The notes beneath the pieces were generated by a model that worked only from the letters and a program-made list of their open reading frames with translations, was not told where the DNA came from and did no database searches. A stretch of DNA of 64,000 nt from Myxococcota bacterium. GTDB taxonomy: Bacteria; Myxococcota_A; UBA9160; UBA4427. The stretch covers positions 4,352,001 to 4,416,000 of the forward strand of contig OZ252299.1 of assembly GCA_965250285.1 (NCBI GenBank), written 5' to 3'. This document shows positions 39,569-50,000 of this stretch, piece after piece. A program made the translations under genes and the position numbers. The first letter of the stretch is position 1. Every line of letters starts with the position of its first letter.

Positions 39569-40555
39569 TCACTCCCCGTCGCCCCCATCGCGCGCGCCCG
39601 GTCCGAGCTGCCCGCGCATCTGGGCCTCCATCGCCTGGATCCCCGGCCCCGCGAACTGTTCGCGCAGCGCGTCGAGCTTCTCGTACCCCGAAGCGGCCTC
39701 GGCGTCCCACTCGTCGGCGAAGCGCCCGCTTTCGATGTCGTCGGTGAGTCGTCTCATGATCGGAGCGAAGTCGAGGGCGTCGTACTCGCCCCGCCTCGAG
39801 AGCTGGCCATACTGGCTCGCCGGCGAATGGAAGCCGAGCTGTCCGGTGAAGCCGACTTCGCGCAAGAGTCGATAATTGCGCTCGACCTCCCCCGACATGA
39901 ACAGCTCGGTGAGGATCGCCTCCATCGGGATGCCAGCCCCGAGCATCGTGAGCACGAAGCTCTGGTTCACGTGAGCGAGCGCGGGCGAGAGCACCTGCTC
40001 GACGGCCAGGTCGAGCACCGCCTCCTGCTTCGGCGTCAGCTCGATCGCGCCCTCGCGCAGGCCACCGATCCCCTTCGCGACACTCAGCGTGCGTGCCAGC
40101 GCCTGCCCCGTGGCATCGCGGTGGACGCCGACGGCGGTGATGAAGCCGGCGCCCTCTTCGTAGCATCGGCGCACCTCGGGCCCGAGCATGCGCGGCGCCA
40201 CCATGCCGAGATCACCCGGCGGCAGCCAGCGATCGAAGCCGAACGCGTAGCCGCTGGCCACGATCGTGAGCGCGTCTTCGGCGCGCTCGATGGGCAGCTG
40301 CGGGATCGCGTCGTCGGGCACGAGCACACAGGCGATCTTCGACGCGCTCGCGTCTTCGAGATCACCCGTCTCGAACCCGTCGCGCTCGGCCTCGGCGCGC
40401 GTCTCGTCGGCGCGCACACACACCCGCACGCGGGCGCCCGAATCGCGGAGGTTGAGGGCCCAGCTGCGACCCTGATTGCCGTAGCCGACCACGGCGAGCG
40501 GCTCTTCACGAATCGGCGCGAGGTCGGCGTCGGCGTCGTGATGGATCGTCGTCAT
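39569..40555 (-). CDS. Ketol-acid reductoisomerase-like (IlvC/KARI-fold) oxidoreductase, divergent
   Basis: GYGNQG.SWALNLRDSG, LVPD, VAPRMLG.EVR..YEEG.G and EAVLDLAVEQ. Confidence 0.8.
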   Translation of the reverse strand: MTTIHHDADADLAPIREEPLAVVGYGNQGRSWALNLRDSGARVRVCVRADETRAEAERDGFETGDLEDASASKIACVLVPDDAIPQLPIERAEDALTIVASGYAFGFDRWLPPGDLGMVAPRMLGPEVRRCYEEGAGFITAVGVHRDATGQALARTLSVAKGIGGLREGAIELTPKQEAVLDLAVEQVLSPALAHVNQSFVLTMLGAGIPMEAILTELFMSGEVERNYRLLREVGFTGQLGFHSPASQYGQLSRRGEYDALDFAPIMRRLTDDIESGRFADEWDAEAASGYEKLDALREQFAGPGIQAMEAQMRGQLGPGARDGGDGE

Positions 40556-40648
40556 CGAAATTCTCCCTGCACGCGCACGCAGCGGTGTCGGATTGGTGCC
40601 GGTTCACCCATTCAAGCACACTGGTCTCGTTCGAGTTCGGAGATTCGA

Positions 40649-42331
40649 TTGCAGGATCGGAAAGACGCGCGCATCGCTCTACCGAGCCCCGCCCGTCGCA
40701 GCTTCCTGAAGCAGAGCCTCGGGCTCGGCATGGGCGTGGGTACGGCTGCACTCGCCGGGCCCCTTGCCGGCTGCACCGGCGCGGAAGCCGAAGCGCCACC
40801 GGCCGGCGCCGACGGGTGGGATGCGGGCGAGGTCGCGCATCTGCTGCCGACCGCGAGCGACCGCCGCGTTCGACTGAAGGCCTCGTTCAGACGGCCCCAG
40901 CCCGACACCCCGCTGTTGGTCGTGGGCGACCAGCGCGTCCCCGGTGAGCGCACCGACTCGGCCGGCCGATTCTTCACATTCGACGTGGGCCGGCTGTCGC
41001 CGGCCACCGTCCATCGCCTGCAGCTCGTGCGCAGCGACGGGTCGCCGCTCTGCGAAGACTGGCCGCTGCGCACCTTTCCGACACCCGACGCCTCCCCCGA
41101 TCGGTTCCGGCTGCTGGCCTTCACGTGTGCCGGCGGGCCCGACGATCTGTACTCATTCGGCTCGCTCTTCAACGCGTATCTGCCGATCGCAGCGCGGCAG
41201 CGGCTCTTCGCCCGCGCGCTTTCGTACGCCCCCGACGCGATGATGGCCAATGGCGATCACGTCTACTGGGACATGAAGAGCCGCTTCGGCTGGGCGATGG
41301 GCCAGTCGCCGATCGCGTGGTGGCAGGCGGGCTTCTTCGATCGCGACGCGCCGATCGCTGGACACCCGAACGAGCAGGTGCTCGTCCGCGCCTTCGAGCG
41401 CCAGATCGCAGGCCTCTACGGCGTCGCGTTTCGATCGACGCCTGCGTTCTTCTTGCAGGACGATCACGACTACGGCGAGAACGACGAGGCCAGCGATGCG
41501 CTGCGCACCTTCCCCGCCGATCCGTTCATGGTCGACCTCGCGCGCACGACCCAGCGTCTGTTCTACCCCGAGCTGCTCGCGGGCGAGGGGCTGCCGCGGG
41601 CCTGGCAGAGCAGCGATGGCCTCGCCGAGAGCTTCGGCACCCTGCGCTACGGCCGACTCTTCGAAGCGCTGCTCTACGACTGTCGGCGCGCCCTTCGCAA
41701 CGCGGCCGATCCGGCCACCGGTCATGCCGACTCGGGTTTCGTACCGCCCGACATCGAGGCATGGCTCGTCGCGCGCAGCCGCGGCTCGGATGCAGCGCAC
41801 CTCGTGCACATGCCGTCGACCCCCGTGCTCTGGACGGCCGGCAAGTGGGGGGAGTGGTATCCCGATGCCAAGGACGAAGCGGGCGCATTGCGGGCCGATG
41901 GGGCGAAGCCCTACTGGCCGCAGGGTTGGAACGATCAGCACGATCGTCTGCTGGCCGCGCTCGCCTCGCGCACCGACCGCACGCCGGTCTTCGCGAGCGG
42001 CGATCTGCATGCGATCGCATCGGGACGCATTCACGCGAGCCGCGAGCTGAACCTCGACGCAAACCCCGTGGTGAGCTTGCTCGTCGGCCCGATCGGCACT
42101 GGTGCCCTCGGCTGGCCTTCGAAGTTCCGAGCCCAGCGCCCGAAGCCTTCGGGCACGCTGACCGCAGAGGAGTGGACGAAGCCGATCGAGGAGAACGGCT
42201 TCAGCCTGCTCGACTTCACGCCCGACGCGATGACCGTCTCGATGTTCCGCTGGCGTCCCGAGCAGGGACTCGACGCCATCGATTCGCTCGAGCCGTTCGA
42301 GGTGCGCCGGCTGCCGCGACCCGGCGCCTAG
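40649..42331 (+). CDS. Tat-exported PhoD-like metallophosphatase lipoprotein
   Basis: ARRSFLK twin-arginine signal and LAG-C lipobox; NGDHVYWD, QDDHDYGEND and SGDLH metal motifs. The TTG start is uncertain. Confidence 0.72.
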   Translation: MQDRKDARIALPSPARRSFLKQSLGLGMGVGTAALAGPLAGCTGAEAEAPPAGADGWDAGEVAHLLPTASDRRVRLKASFRRPQPDTPLLVVGDQRVPGERTDSAGRFFTFDVGRLSPATVHRLQLVRSDGSPLCEDWPLRTFPTPDASPDRFRLLAFTCAGGPDDLYSFGSLFNAYLPIAARQRLFARALSYAPDAMMANGDHVYWDMKSRFGWAMGQSPIAWWQAGFFDRDAPIAGHPNEQVLVRAFERQIAGLYGVAFRSTPAFFLQDDHDYGENDEASDALRTFPADPFMVDLARTTQRLFYPELLAGEGLPRAWQSSDGLAESFGTLRYGRLFEALLYDCRRALRNAADPATGHADSGFVPPDIEAWLVARSRGSDAAHLVHMPSTPVLWTAGKWGEWYPDAKDEAGALRADGAKPYWPQGWNDQHDRLLAALASRTDRTPVFASGDLHAIASGRIHASRELNLDANPVVSLLVGPIGTGALGWPSKFRAQRPKPSGTLTAEEWTKPIEENGFSLLDFTPDAMTVSMFRWRPEQGLDAIDSLEPFEVRRLPRPGA

Positions 42332-42349
42332 GCGCGGCCCGCGCCCGGC

Positions 42350-43042
42350 TCAGTCGTCGATCCGAACGGGCGGGTCGGTGTAGCTGCTGCGCGCGGCGAT
42401 CACGTCGTCGGGCGTCTCGACCACCGCCTTGTACATCGCCTCGGGATAGCCGCGCATCCACGGCTTCTCTGGGTCGAACGCCGGCTGCGCGACCGCGCCG
42501 CCCTGCGACTCGAACGGCGCGGGCTCGCGGTAGCGCGCGAGCTCGTCGCTCGAGATGCCTGCGAGGTCGACCACCTCGGGGTCGATCCACGCCCGAGCGT
42601 CGATCGGCTCTGCCGACACGGCGACCTCGAGCGAGAGGTCTTCGGGGCCCGCAAAGTACATCGACTTGCACATCCCATGATCGATCGGCCCGATGACGGT
42701 CACGCCGCGCGAGCGGATCCGGTCGCGCAGTGCGAGCTGCTCTTCTTCGGTGTCGACGTTGAATGCGACGTGCTGCATGGCGCCGCCCGCGACCGGCTCG
42801 CCCGCGTTGCCCGAATGGGTCACGCCGAGCTCGCGCTCGATCGAAGCAACCCCCGGCGTGAAGACGAAGGCCACCGAACAGTGGTCGTTCAGCTTCATGA
42901 AGCCATGCCAGGCGCCCTCGACCCCGTGCATCCAGTAGAGCGCGACGAGCTCCATCCCGAGGACGTCGCTGAAGAACTCGATCTGCCGCTTCATGTCGGC
43001 GGTGGCGATCGCCAGATGGTGGACACCGTTGGTCAGCCCCAT
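42350..43042 (-). CDS. VOC family protein
   Basis: GVHHLAIAT, LVALYWMHG, MQHVAFNVD and DHGMCKSMYFAGPE. AAGGAG RBS. Confidence 0.85.
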   Translation of the reverse strand: MGLTNGVHHLAIATADMKRQIEFFSDVLGMELVALYWMHGVEGAWHGFMKLNDHCSVAFVFTPGVASIERELGVTHSGNAGEPVAGGAMQHVAFNVDTEEEQLALRDRIRSRGVTVIGPIDHGMCKSMYFAGPEDLSLEVAVSAEPIDARAWIDPEVVDLAGISSDELARYREPAPFESQGGAVAQPAFDPEKPWMRGYPEAMYKAVVETPDDVIAARSSYTDPPVRIDD

Positions 43043-43215
43043 GGTGGCTCCTTCGCTCGAAGGGCGGCGCTCGAACGCCGCCGGTCCTCGGGAGGCTGCC
43101 ATACGCACGCGACGCTTGCCCCCGCGATCCCTCTGCGCGCAGAGTCGAAGGCGTCTACGCTCATTTCGAGCGCGGGCGGCAGGCCGCCGGCCTCTCGCCG
43201 GGGAGCTGACACGCC

Positions 43216-45429
43216 ATGTCGATGCGTCGCTTGCTGCTCGCACTCAGCCTCGGGGCGGCGCTCGGGCTGGTCGTGCTCTACGCGGCGGGCAGCGGCCGTT
43301 TCGGCTCGCCCGTCGTGGGTGGGCTGCCCGCCGCCGAGCGCGTCGATCGCGGGCAGGTCGAAGCCCGCGCGGCGCGCGACCGCGCCGCCGCTCGCGAGAT
43401 CGGCGCCCCGGCCCAGAAGCAGATCCTCTTCGGCGACCTCCACGTGCACTCGGGCTTCTCGCTCGATGCCCTGGCGGCCGGCGTGCTCGCCGGCAACGAG
43501 CCGTACACCGTCGCCGATGCCTGCGACTTCGCGCGCTACTGCTCGGCCCTCGACTTCTGGTCGATCAACGATCACGCGATGAACCTCACCCCGCGGCGCT
43601 GGAGCGAGACGATCGACGCCGTGCGTGCGTGTGACGCGCGCAGCGCAGGCCCTGGCCCGCTCGATCTCGTGTCGTTTCTCGGCTGGGAGTGGACGCAAAT
43701 GGGCACGCGACCCGAGAACCACTACGGCCACAAGAATGTGGTGCTGCGCGACCTCGACGACGCGCACATCCCCACACGCCCGATCGCGGCCGATTCACCG
43801 AGCGGCAATCCGTTCGACCTGCCGCCGCCGCTGGCCCTCGGCGCCCTGGCCGCGACGCGCGGCTTCGAGCAGGTCGTGCTCGACGCGCCCGCTTCGTTTC
43901 GCGAGATGGCCGACGTCGAGCGCTGCCCCGACGGCGTCGCGGTGCGCGCGCTCCCCGATGACTGTCGAGAGTGGGCGGCGACTCCGGCCGAGCTCTTCGC
44001 CAAGCTCGATGATTGGGGGTTCGCGTCGATCGTGATCCCGCACGGCACGACCTGGGGCAACTACACGCCGCCGGGTTCGAGCTTCAGCCGGCAGCTCAGC
44101 GGCGATCAGCACGACCCCGAGCGCCAAAGACTGGTCGAGATCTTCTCGGGCCATGGCAACGCCGAACCCGATCGCCCGTGGCGCGCGGCGGTCTTCGAAG
44201 ACGTCGAAGGGGTGACGGATCCGGTCTGCCCCGAGCCGGGCGACGGCTACGTGCCGTCGTGCTGGCAGGCCGGTGAGATCGTCCGCAAGCGATGTCTTGC
44301 AGAGGGAGCGGACGAAGCCGAATGCGAGTCGCGCGCCGTCGAGGCGCGGCGGCTCTTCCTCGAGGCACCCGGCGGCACCGGCCATCTCGCCGTCGGAGGC
44401 TACGACCCAGCCGAGTGGGGCGACGCGGGGCAGTGCCGTGACTGCTTCCTCGCTGCTTTCAATCACCGTCCGGGATCCTCGGTGCAGGCGATGCTCTCGG
44501 CCCGCGAGCCCGACACCGGCGCTCGCTTTCGCTTCGGTGTCATCGGCTCGAGCGACACCCACACGTCGCGCGCCGGCTCGGGCTACAAAGAAACGGCTCG
44601 CGTCGACATGACCGACGCGAGCCTGGCCACCGCGACGCTCGCGCTGCTCTCGCGCGGGGCCGGCCCGGCGCGGGCCGAGACCGTCGAGCTCGAAGGCGTC
44701 GGCCCGGCCGAGCGGGCCGAGGTCGAGCGCATGGCCTCCTTCTTCTACACGGGCGGTCTCGCTGCGGTGCACGCGAGCGATCGCAGCCGCGGCGCGATCT
44801 GGGAGGCGCTCGAGCGGCGCGAGGTGTACGGCACCAGCGGTCCGCGCATCCTGCTCTGGTTCGATCTCATCGACGCGACCGATGCGGTCATCGTCCCGAT
44901 GGGCGGCCAGGTCGCGACGCACGAGACGCCGCGCTTCCGCGTGCGCGCCGTCGGGTCGTTCGAGCAGGCGCCGGGCTGTCCCGACCACGCCGTGCGCGGT
45001 CTGGGCCCGGATTCACTCGACCGGCTCTGCCGCGGGGAGTGCGCGAACCCGACCGAGACCCGACGTCCGATCACCCGCATCGAAGTCGTGCGCATCGAAC
45101 CGAAGGCCGGCCCGGGCAACGCGCTGAGCGCATTGATCGAAGACCCGTGGCGGGTGCTCGAGTGCGACGCTGCGGCGCCGGGATGCGCCGTCGAATTCGA
45201 GGACGCGAGCTATGCGACCGGAGCGCGCGACGTCGTCTACTACGTCCGGGCGATCGAAGCACCGAAGCCCACGATCAATGCCGGGGGGCTGCGGTGCGTG
45301 GTCGGCGACGACGGCGCCTGCGTCGAAGCGAACCCCTGCGTCGGCGTCCCCGAAGAAGACGACTGCCTCGTCGCCGCCGAGCCGCGCGCCTGGTCGTCGC
45401 CGATCTTCGTCGACTGGGCGCGGCGCTGA
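43216..45429 (+). CDS. DUF3604 domain protein (PHP-like secreted metalloenzyme)
   Basis: FGDLHVHS.FS.DA, INDHA, GWEWT, IGSSDTH, YGTSGPRI, YYVRAIE and RAWSSPIF. Confidence 0.88.
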   Translation: MSMRRLLLALSLGAALGLVVLYAAGSGRFGSPVVGGLPAAERVDRGQVEARAARDRAAAREIGAPAQKQILFGDLHVHSGFSLDALAAGVLAGNEPYTVADACDFARYCSALDFWSINDHAMNLTPRRWSETIDAVRACDARSAGPGPLDLVSFLGWEWTQMGTRPENHYGHKNVVLRDLDDAHIPTRPIAADSPSGNPFDLPPPLALGALAATRGFEQVVLDAPASFREMADVERCPDGVAVRALPDDCREWAATPAELFAKLDDWGFASIVIPHGTTWGNYTPPGSSFSRQLSGDQHDPERQRLVEIFSGHGNAEPDRPWRAAVFEDVEGVTDPVCPEPGDGYVPSCWQAGEIVRKRCLAEGADEAECESRAVEARRLFLEAPGGTGHLAVGGYDPAEWGDAGQCRDCFLAAFNHRPGSSVQAMLSAREPDTGARFRFGVIGSSDTHTSRAGSGYKETARVDMTDASLATATLALLSRGAGPARAETVELEGVGPAERAEVERMASFFYTGGLAAVHASDRSRGAIWEALERREVYGTSGPRILLWFDLIDATDAVIVPMGGQVATHETPRFRVRAVGSFEQAPGCPDHAVRGLGPDSLDRLCRGECANPTETRRPITRIEVVRIEPKAGPGNALSALIEDPWRVLECDAAAPGCAVEFEDASYATGARDVVYYVRAIEAPKPTINAGGLRCVVGDDGACVEANPCVGVPEEDDCLVAAEPRAWSSPIFVDWARR

Positions 45430-45531
45430 CCTGAAGCACGCCGGAAGCGAATTCGTGGGCGGGCCTCTTCGCATATGCGAAGCTGCCCACACACGAGGTC
45501 ACCTCAGCCCATCGCCACAGGAGCCTTCCTG

Positions 45532-46728
45532 ATGCAGCAAACGCCCCAGATTCAGGATTGGGTCATCGACGTCGACACCCACGTCACCGAGCCTGGCGAC
45601 GTGTGGACCAGCCGACTGCCGAAGCGGTTTCAGGACCGCGCACCGCACATCGTCCGCAACCCCGAGACACAGATGGATGCGTGGCAGATCGGTGGCCAGG
45701 ACACGTTCCTGCCCGTCGGGTTCACGGCCGTGGCAGGCTGGCCCGAGCCCTTCCCTGCTGCGCCGAAGAACATGGACGAGGTGCCCGCCGCATCGTACGA
45801 CGCGAGCGCCCGCCTCGAGTACATGGATCGAGTGGGGATCTGGGCCATGGCGCTCTACCCGAACGTCGGGGGCTTCGGCAGCCAGGCGTTCCTCAAGCTC
45901 GGCGACCCCGAGCTGATGCTCGCGTGCGTGCAGGCCTACAACGATTTTCTGATCGACTGGATCGCGCCCGATCCGCGTCGCTTCATCCCCGTGATGGCGA
46001 CACCCTTCTGGGACGTCGAGGCCTCGGTCAAGGAGATCGAGCGCTGCGCCAAGCTGGGCCACAAGGCCGTGCTCTTCAGCGGCGAGCCCCAGGCCCACGA
46101 CATGCCGATCCTCGGCAACCCGCACTGGGATCCCCTGTGGTCGGCCGCCCAGGCCTGCGATCTACCGATCAGCTTTCACATCGGCACGGGCAACTTCGAT
46201 GACGGGTTCACGCCCGAGCGCTTCGAGATGATGGGTGCGGGCTGCATGAACGGCTTCGCCGCGATCTCGCTCTTCCTCGACAACGGCAAGCAGCTGACCG
46301 ACCTGCTCTTCTCGGGCGTGTTGCCGCGCTTCCCCGACCTCAAGTTCGTCTCGGTCGAGTCGGGCATCGGCTTCATCCCGTTCATCCTCGAAGCCGCCGA
46401 CTACACGTTCGAGTACGGCAAGGTGCGACAGACCAACCCCGAGTTCGAGCTCAAGCCCAGCGAGTACTTCCAGCGCCAGGTCTACGGGTGCTACATCTTC
46501 GAAGAGCATGCACCGCGTGAGCTGCTCGACACCATCGGCGCCGACAACGTGATGTTCGAGACCGACTATCCCCACCCGGTCTGCCTCTACGGCAACGTCC
46601 GCGAGAAGATCGACGCCGCCCTCGGCGACTCGAGCGACGAGGTGCGGCGAAAGGTGCTCTGGGAGAACGCGGCGAAGCTCTACAAGGTCGATGCACCCGA
46701 CGTCGCGCCGCCCGTGCCGGCCGGCTGA
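45532..46728 (+). CDS. Amidohydrolase_2 family protein
   Basis: IDVDTHVTEP, ALYPN, PISFHIG, VESGIG and MFETDYPH. Confidence 0.9.
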   Translation: MQQTPQIQDWVIDVDTHVTEPGDVWTSRLPKRFQDRAPHIVRNPETQMDAWQIGGQDTFLPVGFTAVAGWPEPFPAAPKNMDEVPAASYDASARLEYMDRVGIWAMALYPNVGGFGSQAFLKLGDPELMLACVQAYNDFLIDWIAPDPRRFIPVMATPFWDVEASVKEIERCAKLGHKAVLFSGEPQAHDMPILGNPHWDPLWSAAQACDLPISFHIGTGNFDDGFTPERFEMMGAGCMNGFAAISLFLDNGKQLTDLLFSGVLPRFPDLKFVSVESGIGFIPFILEAADYTFEYGKVRQTNPEFELKPSEYFQRQVYGCYIFEEHAPRELLDTIGADNVMFETDYPHPVCLYGNVREKIDAALGDSSDEVRRKVLWENAAKLYKVDAPDVAPPVPAG

Positions 46729-46784
46729 CGAGGCGACGCGCGCATCATGGCACTTCGGCCGCTCTCTTCGTGGAGACCCCATCG

Positions 46785-47633
46785 ATGATCGAGATCAGCC
46801 CCACGCAGCCCTTCGGTGCCGTGATCGAGGGCATCGACCTGACGCGCCCGATCTCGGCGGCGGACGTCGACGCGATCCGTTCGGCCTTCGCCGAGCATCA
46901 CGTGCTGGTCTTTCCCGACCAGCCGATGGATGACGACGACCTCGAACGCTTCTCGCTGTACATGGGGGATCTCGGCGAGGATCCGTGGTTCCCGCCCATC
47001 GAGGGCCGCAAGTACATCGCCGAGCTGTGTCGCGCAGCCGACGAGACGTCGCCGATCTTCGCCGAAGGCTGGCACTCCGACTGGAGCTTCCTCGAGAAGC
47101 CGCCGATGGCGACGTGCCTGCTCGGGCTCGAGATTCCGCCTGAAGGGGGCGACACGCTCTTCGCCGATCAGCACCTGGCGTACGCATCGCTCCCCGACGA
47201 CCTCCGAGCCCAGGTCGATGCGCTCACGGCGAAGCACACGACCAACGGCATCTACGGTGCAGGCGGCATCTACGACGGCGGGCGCGACGAAGAGCAGTCG
47301 CGCACGATGAAGATCGTGCAGTCGGACGCCCCCGCGATGACCGGCGAGCATCCCTTCGTGCGCATGCACGAAGAGAACGGGCAGCCCGCCCTGTTCTCGA
47401 CCCTCGGCTACGTGCAGGGCTTCGTCGGCGTCGAGCCCGCAGAGGCATTCGCGCTGCTGAAGGAGATCCAGCGGTACCAGACGGCCGAAGAGGTCACGCT
47501 GCGCCACCGCTGGGCGCCGAACATGCTCGTCATGTGGGACAACCGCAGCGTCCTGCACCGCGCGACGGGCGGCTACGACGGCTACGCGCGCGTTCTGCAT
47601 CGCACGACCGTGATGGCGCGCGCGGCCGAGTAG
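46785..47633 (+). CDS. TauD/TfdA family Fe(II)/2-oxoglutarate dioxygenase
   Basis: WHSD facial triad, GGDTLF and MWDNRSVLHRA. Confidence 0.92.
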   Translation: MIEISPTQPFGAVIEGIDLTRPISAADVDAIRSAFAEHHVLVFPDQPMDDDDLERFSLYMGDLGEDPWFPPIEGRKYIAELCRAADETSPIFAEGWHSDWSFLEKPPMATCLLGLEIPPEGGDTLFADQHLAYASLPDDLRAQVDALTAKHTTNGIYGAGGIYDGGRDEEQSRTMKIVQSDAPAMTGEHPFVRMHEENGQPALFSTLGYVQGFVGVEPAEAFALLKEIQRYQTAEEVTLRHRWAPNMLVMWDNRSVLHRATGGYDGYARVLHRTTVMARAAE

Positions 47634-47799
47634 CGCCCGAAGAGCGTTCTCCGCACCCCACCGCGACCACCACCCCACACGGCCGAGCTGGCCCGCGCGG
47701 CCAGCTCGGTCGTGTGGCGGCGCGTCCTCGATGGCATATTATTGCATACGATGTGCTATATGTTCGGTTCCCGGTCGTTCGAACCCAGCGAGGATCCCC

Positions 47800-48885
47800 A
47801 TGCCCCCCTCCGATCGCCCCTACGTCTTTCATGCCTTCGAGGTGTCGTACTTCTCGGCCAAGGTCCGCTCGGCCCTGCGCTACAAGCAGCTCTGGGTCGA
47901 CGAAGTGCACGCCGACTATCCGCTGATCCAGGAACGCACGGGCCACGCCTTCATCCCGATGGTGATCACGCCTGACGACGAAGCCTGGCAGGATTCGACG
48001 GACATCTACGACAAGCTCGAGGCGCGTCACCCCGAACCGCCGCTCTTTCCCGCCACCCCCGTCCAGCGCATCGCAGCACACCTGATCGAGATCTACGTCG
48101 ACGAGTTCGCGCTGATTCCGGCCATGCACTATCGCTGGGGCAGCGAGCTCGGCGAAGCGTCGGCGCGCGCACGCTTCATCGCGATGGTCGGCAATGAAGA
48201 GTTCGGCACCCAGGCCGCGAAGCGAATGGCCGGCGCGCGGATCATGCTCGGCGCGACCGATGACACCGCCGAACCGATCGAAGCGCACACGACCGACCTG
48301 CTCGCGGCATTGTCGACCCACTTCCAGGCCCATCGCTACCTGCTGGGTGAACGCATGTCATTCGCCGACTGCGCGCTGATGGGCCCGATCGACGGGCACT
48401 TCTTCACCGATCTGGTGTCGCGCAAGCTCCTGCTCGAAACGGCTCGGCCCGTCGTCGGCTGGATCGAGCGTTGCAATCACCCGAATCGCCCGCCGCAGGG
48501 GGAATGGCTCGGCGACGACGCGCTCGCCCCGACACTGCGCGAGGCACTCTCGGTGATGGGCGGCGACGCGGTACCGACGGTGCTCGAGGGCCTCGACGTC
48601 TTCGAGCGCTGGGCCGATACGGGTGCAAGCGGTGGCGAGCCGCTGCCCCGTGCCGTCGGCACGATCGAAAGCCAGCTGCGGGGCGTGCCGCTCACTCGCT
48701 TTGCCGGCAGCTACGCTCCCTTCCTCGTCCAGCGTGTGCTCGACGACTACGGGGCGCTCGACGCGAGCGGCCGAAAGCAGGTCGACGAAGCCCTCGCCGG
48801 CACGGGCTGGGAGCCGCTGCTCGCGCACGAGCCGCGCCATCGCGTGATCAAGCGCAACTTCGACCTCTACCTCGACGACGCGTGA
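47800..48885 (+). CDS. Glutathione S-transferase family protein (long form)
   Basis: SYFSAKVRSALRYK, IPMVITP..E..QDSTDI, MHYRW and YLLGER.SFAD. Confidence 0.82.
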   Translation: MPPSDRPYVFHAFEVSYFSAKVRSALRYKQLWVDEVHADYPLIQERTGHAFIPMVITPDDEAWQDSTDIYDKLEARHPEPPLFPATPVQRIAAHLIEIYVDEFALIPAMHYRWGSELGEASARARFIAMVGNEEFGTQAAKRMAGARIMLGATDDTAEPIEAHTTDLLAALSTHFQAHRYLLGERMSFADCALMGPIDGHFFTDLVSRKLLLETARPVVGWIERCNHPNRPPQGEWLGDDALAPTLREALSVMGGDAVPTVLEGLDVFERWADTGASGGEPLPRAVGTIESQLRGVPLTRFAGSYAPFLVQRVLDDYGALDASGRKQVDEALAGTGWEPLLAHEPRHRVIKRNFDLYLDDA

Positions 48886-48908
48886 CGCCCCCGCTTCAGG
48901 AGAACCCC

Positions 48909-50000
48909 ATGGCCCATCCCAACGGTCTCGACTTCCTCGTGAACAAGAAAGAGTGGAGCCAGCACCGCTTCGAAGAGCCCGCGGCGCCCGCGGTCGGCGA
49001 CGGTCAGGTGCTGTTTCGCATCGACCGCTTCGCGCTGACGGCCAACAACATCTCGTACGCGCTCTCGGGCGACATGATCGGCTACTGGCGCTTCTTCCTC
49101 GCCCCCGAAGGCTGGGGCCGCATCCCGGTCATGGGCTTCGCGGACGTCATCGAATCGAGTCACCCCGAAGTCGAGGTCGGCACACGCTGCTTCGGCTTCT
49201 ATCCGATGTCGCGCTACCTCGTGATCGAGCCGAGCTCGGTGAGCGCGGGCAGCATCGTCGATGGGGCGGCCCACCGAGACGGCATCGCCCCGGTCTACAA
49301 CACCTACAACCCGGCGAGCGGCGATGCCCTCTACCAGCCCGATCACGAAGACGCCCTGATGCTGATGCGTGGTCTCTTCATGACCTCGTTCCTGGCCGAC
49401 GACTTCGTGACCGACCGCGGCTTCGGCGAAGAGGCCGTATTGATCTCGAGCGCCTCGAGCAAGACGTCGATCGCACTCGGCCACTGCGTTTCGTCCGCCG
49501 GCCGGGCGCAGGCCGTCGGGCTCACGTCGAATCGCAACCTCGAGTTCGTGCGCAAGCTCGGCTGCTATGACGAGGTGCTGACGTACGACGACGTGAAGTC
49601 GCTCGACGCGAACCGGCCGACCGTGTTCGTCGACATGGCCGGCAACGCCGCCGTGCGCCGCGCGATCCACGAGCACCTCGGCGACCAGCTGAAGCACTCG
49701 TGCACCATCGGCGCCACGCACTGGGACGCGACCGGAGGCGACGAAGATCTGCCCGGGCCGAAGCCCGAATTCTTCTTTGCGCCGGGCCAGATCCAGAAGC
49801 GATCGGCCGAGTGGGGCCCGGCCGAGCTGCAGCGACGGCTCGGGGCCGCATGGGAGGGCTTCCGCAGCTTCAGCGAGGGCTGGCTCGAGGTGAAGCGCGG
49901 CCACGGACGCGACGATCTCGTCCGCGTCTACGAAGACACCCTCGCGGGCCGAGCCGAGCCGCAGCACGGCCACGTGCTCTCGCTCTGGGATGCGGCGTGA
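48909..50000 (+). CDS. DUF2855 family protein
   Basis: FALTANNISYA, YWRFF, GFYPM, SSASSKT, VDMAG and FFFAP. Confidence 0.88.
   Translation: MAHPNGLDFLVNKKEWSQHRFEEPAAPAVGDGQVLFRIDRFALTANNISYALSGDMIGYWRFFLAPEGWGRIPVMGFADVIESSHPEVEVGTRCFGFYPMSRYLVIEPSSVSAGSIVDGAAHRDGIAPVYNTYNPASGDALYQPDHEDALMLMRGLFMTSFLADDFVTDRGFGEEAVLISSASSKTSIALGHCVSSAGRAQAVGLTSNRNLEFVRKLGCYDEVLTYDDVKSLDANRPTVFVDMAGNAAVRRAIHEHLGDQLKHSCTIGATHWDATGGDEDLPGPKPEFFFAPGQIQKRSAEWGPAELQRRLGAAWEGFRSFSEGWLEVKRGHGRDDLVRVYEDTLAGRAEPQHGHVLSLWDAA

Noticed and set aside
39539..40648. N-terminal ~370 aa of the 930-aa ORF 39539-42331
   Set aside because: It is antisense to the KARI-like gene. The real protein begins near the twin-arginine signal at about 40649.
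47732..47746. TGGCATATTATTGCA as a sigma-54 promoter
   Set aside because: There are only 9 nt between GG and GC; sigma-54 promoters require 10.
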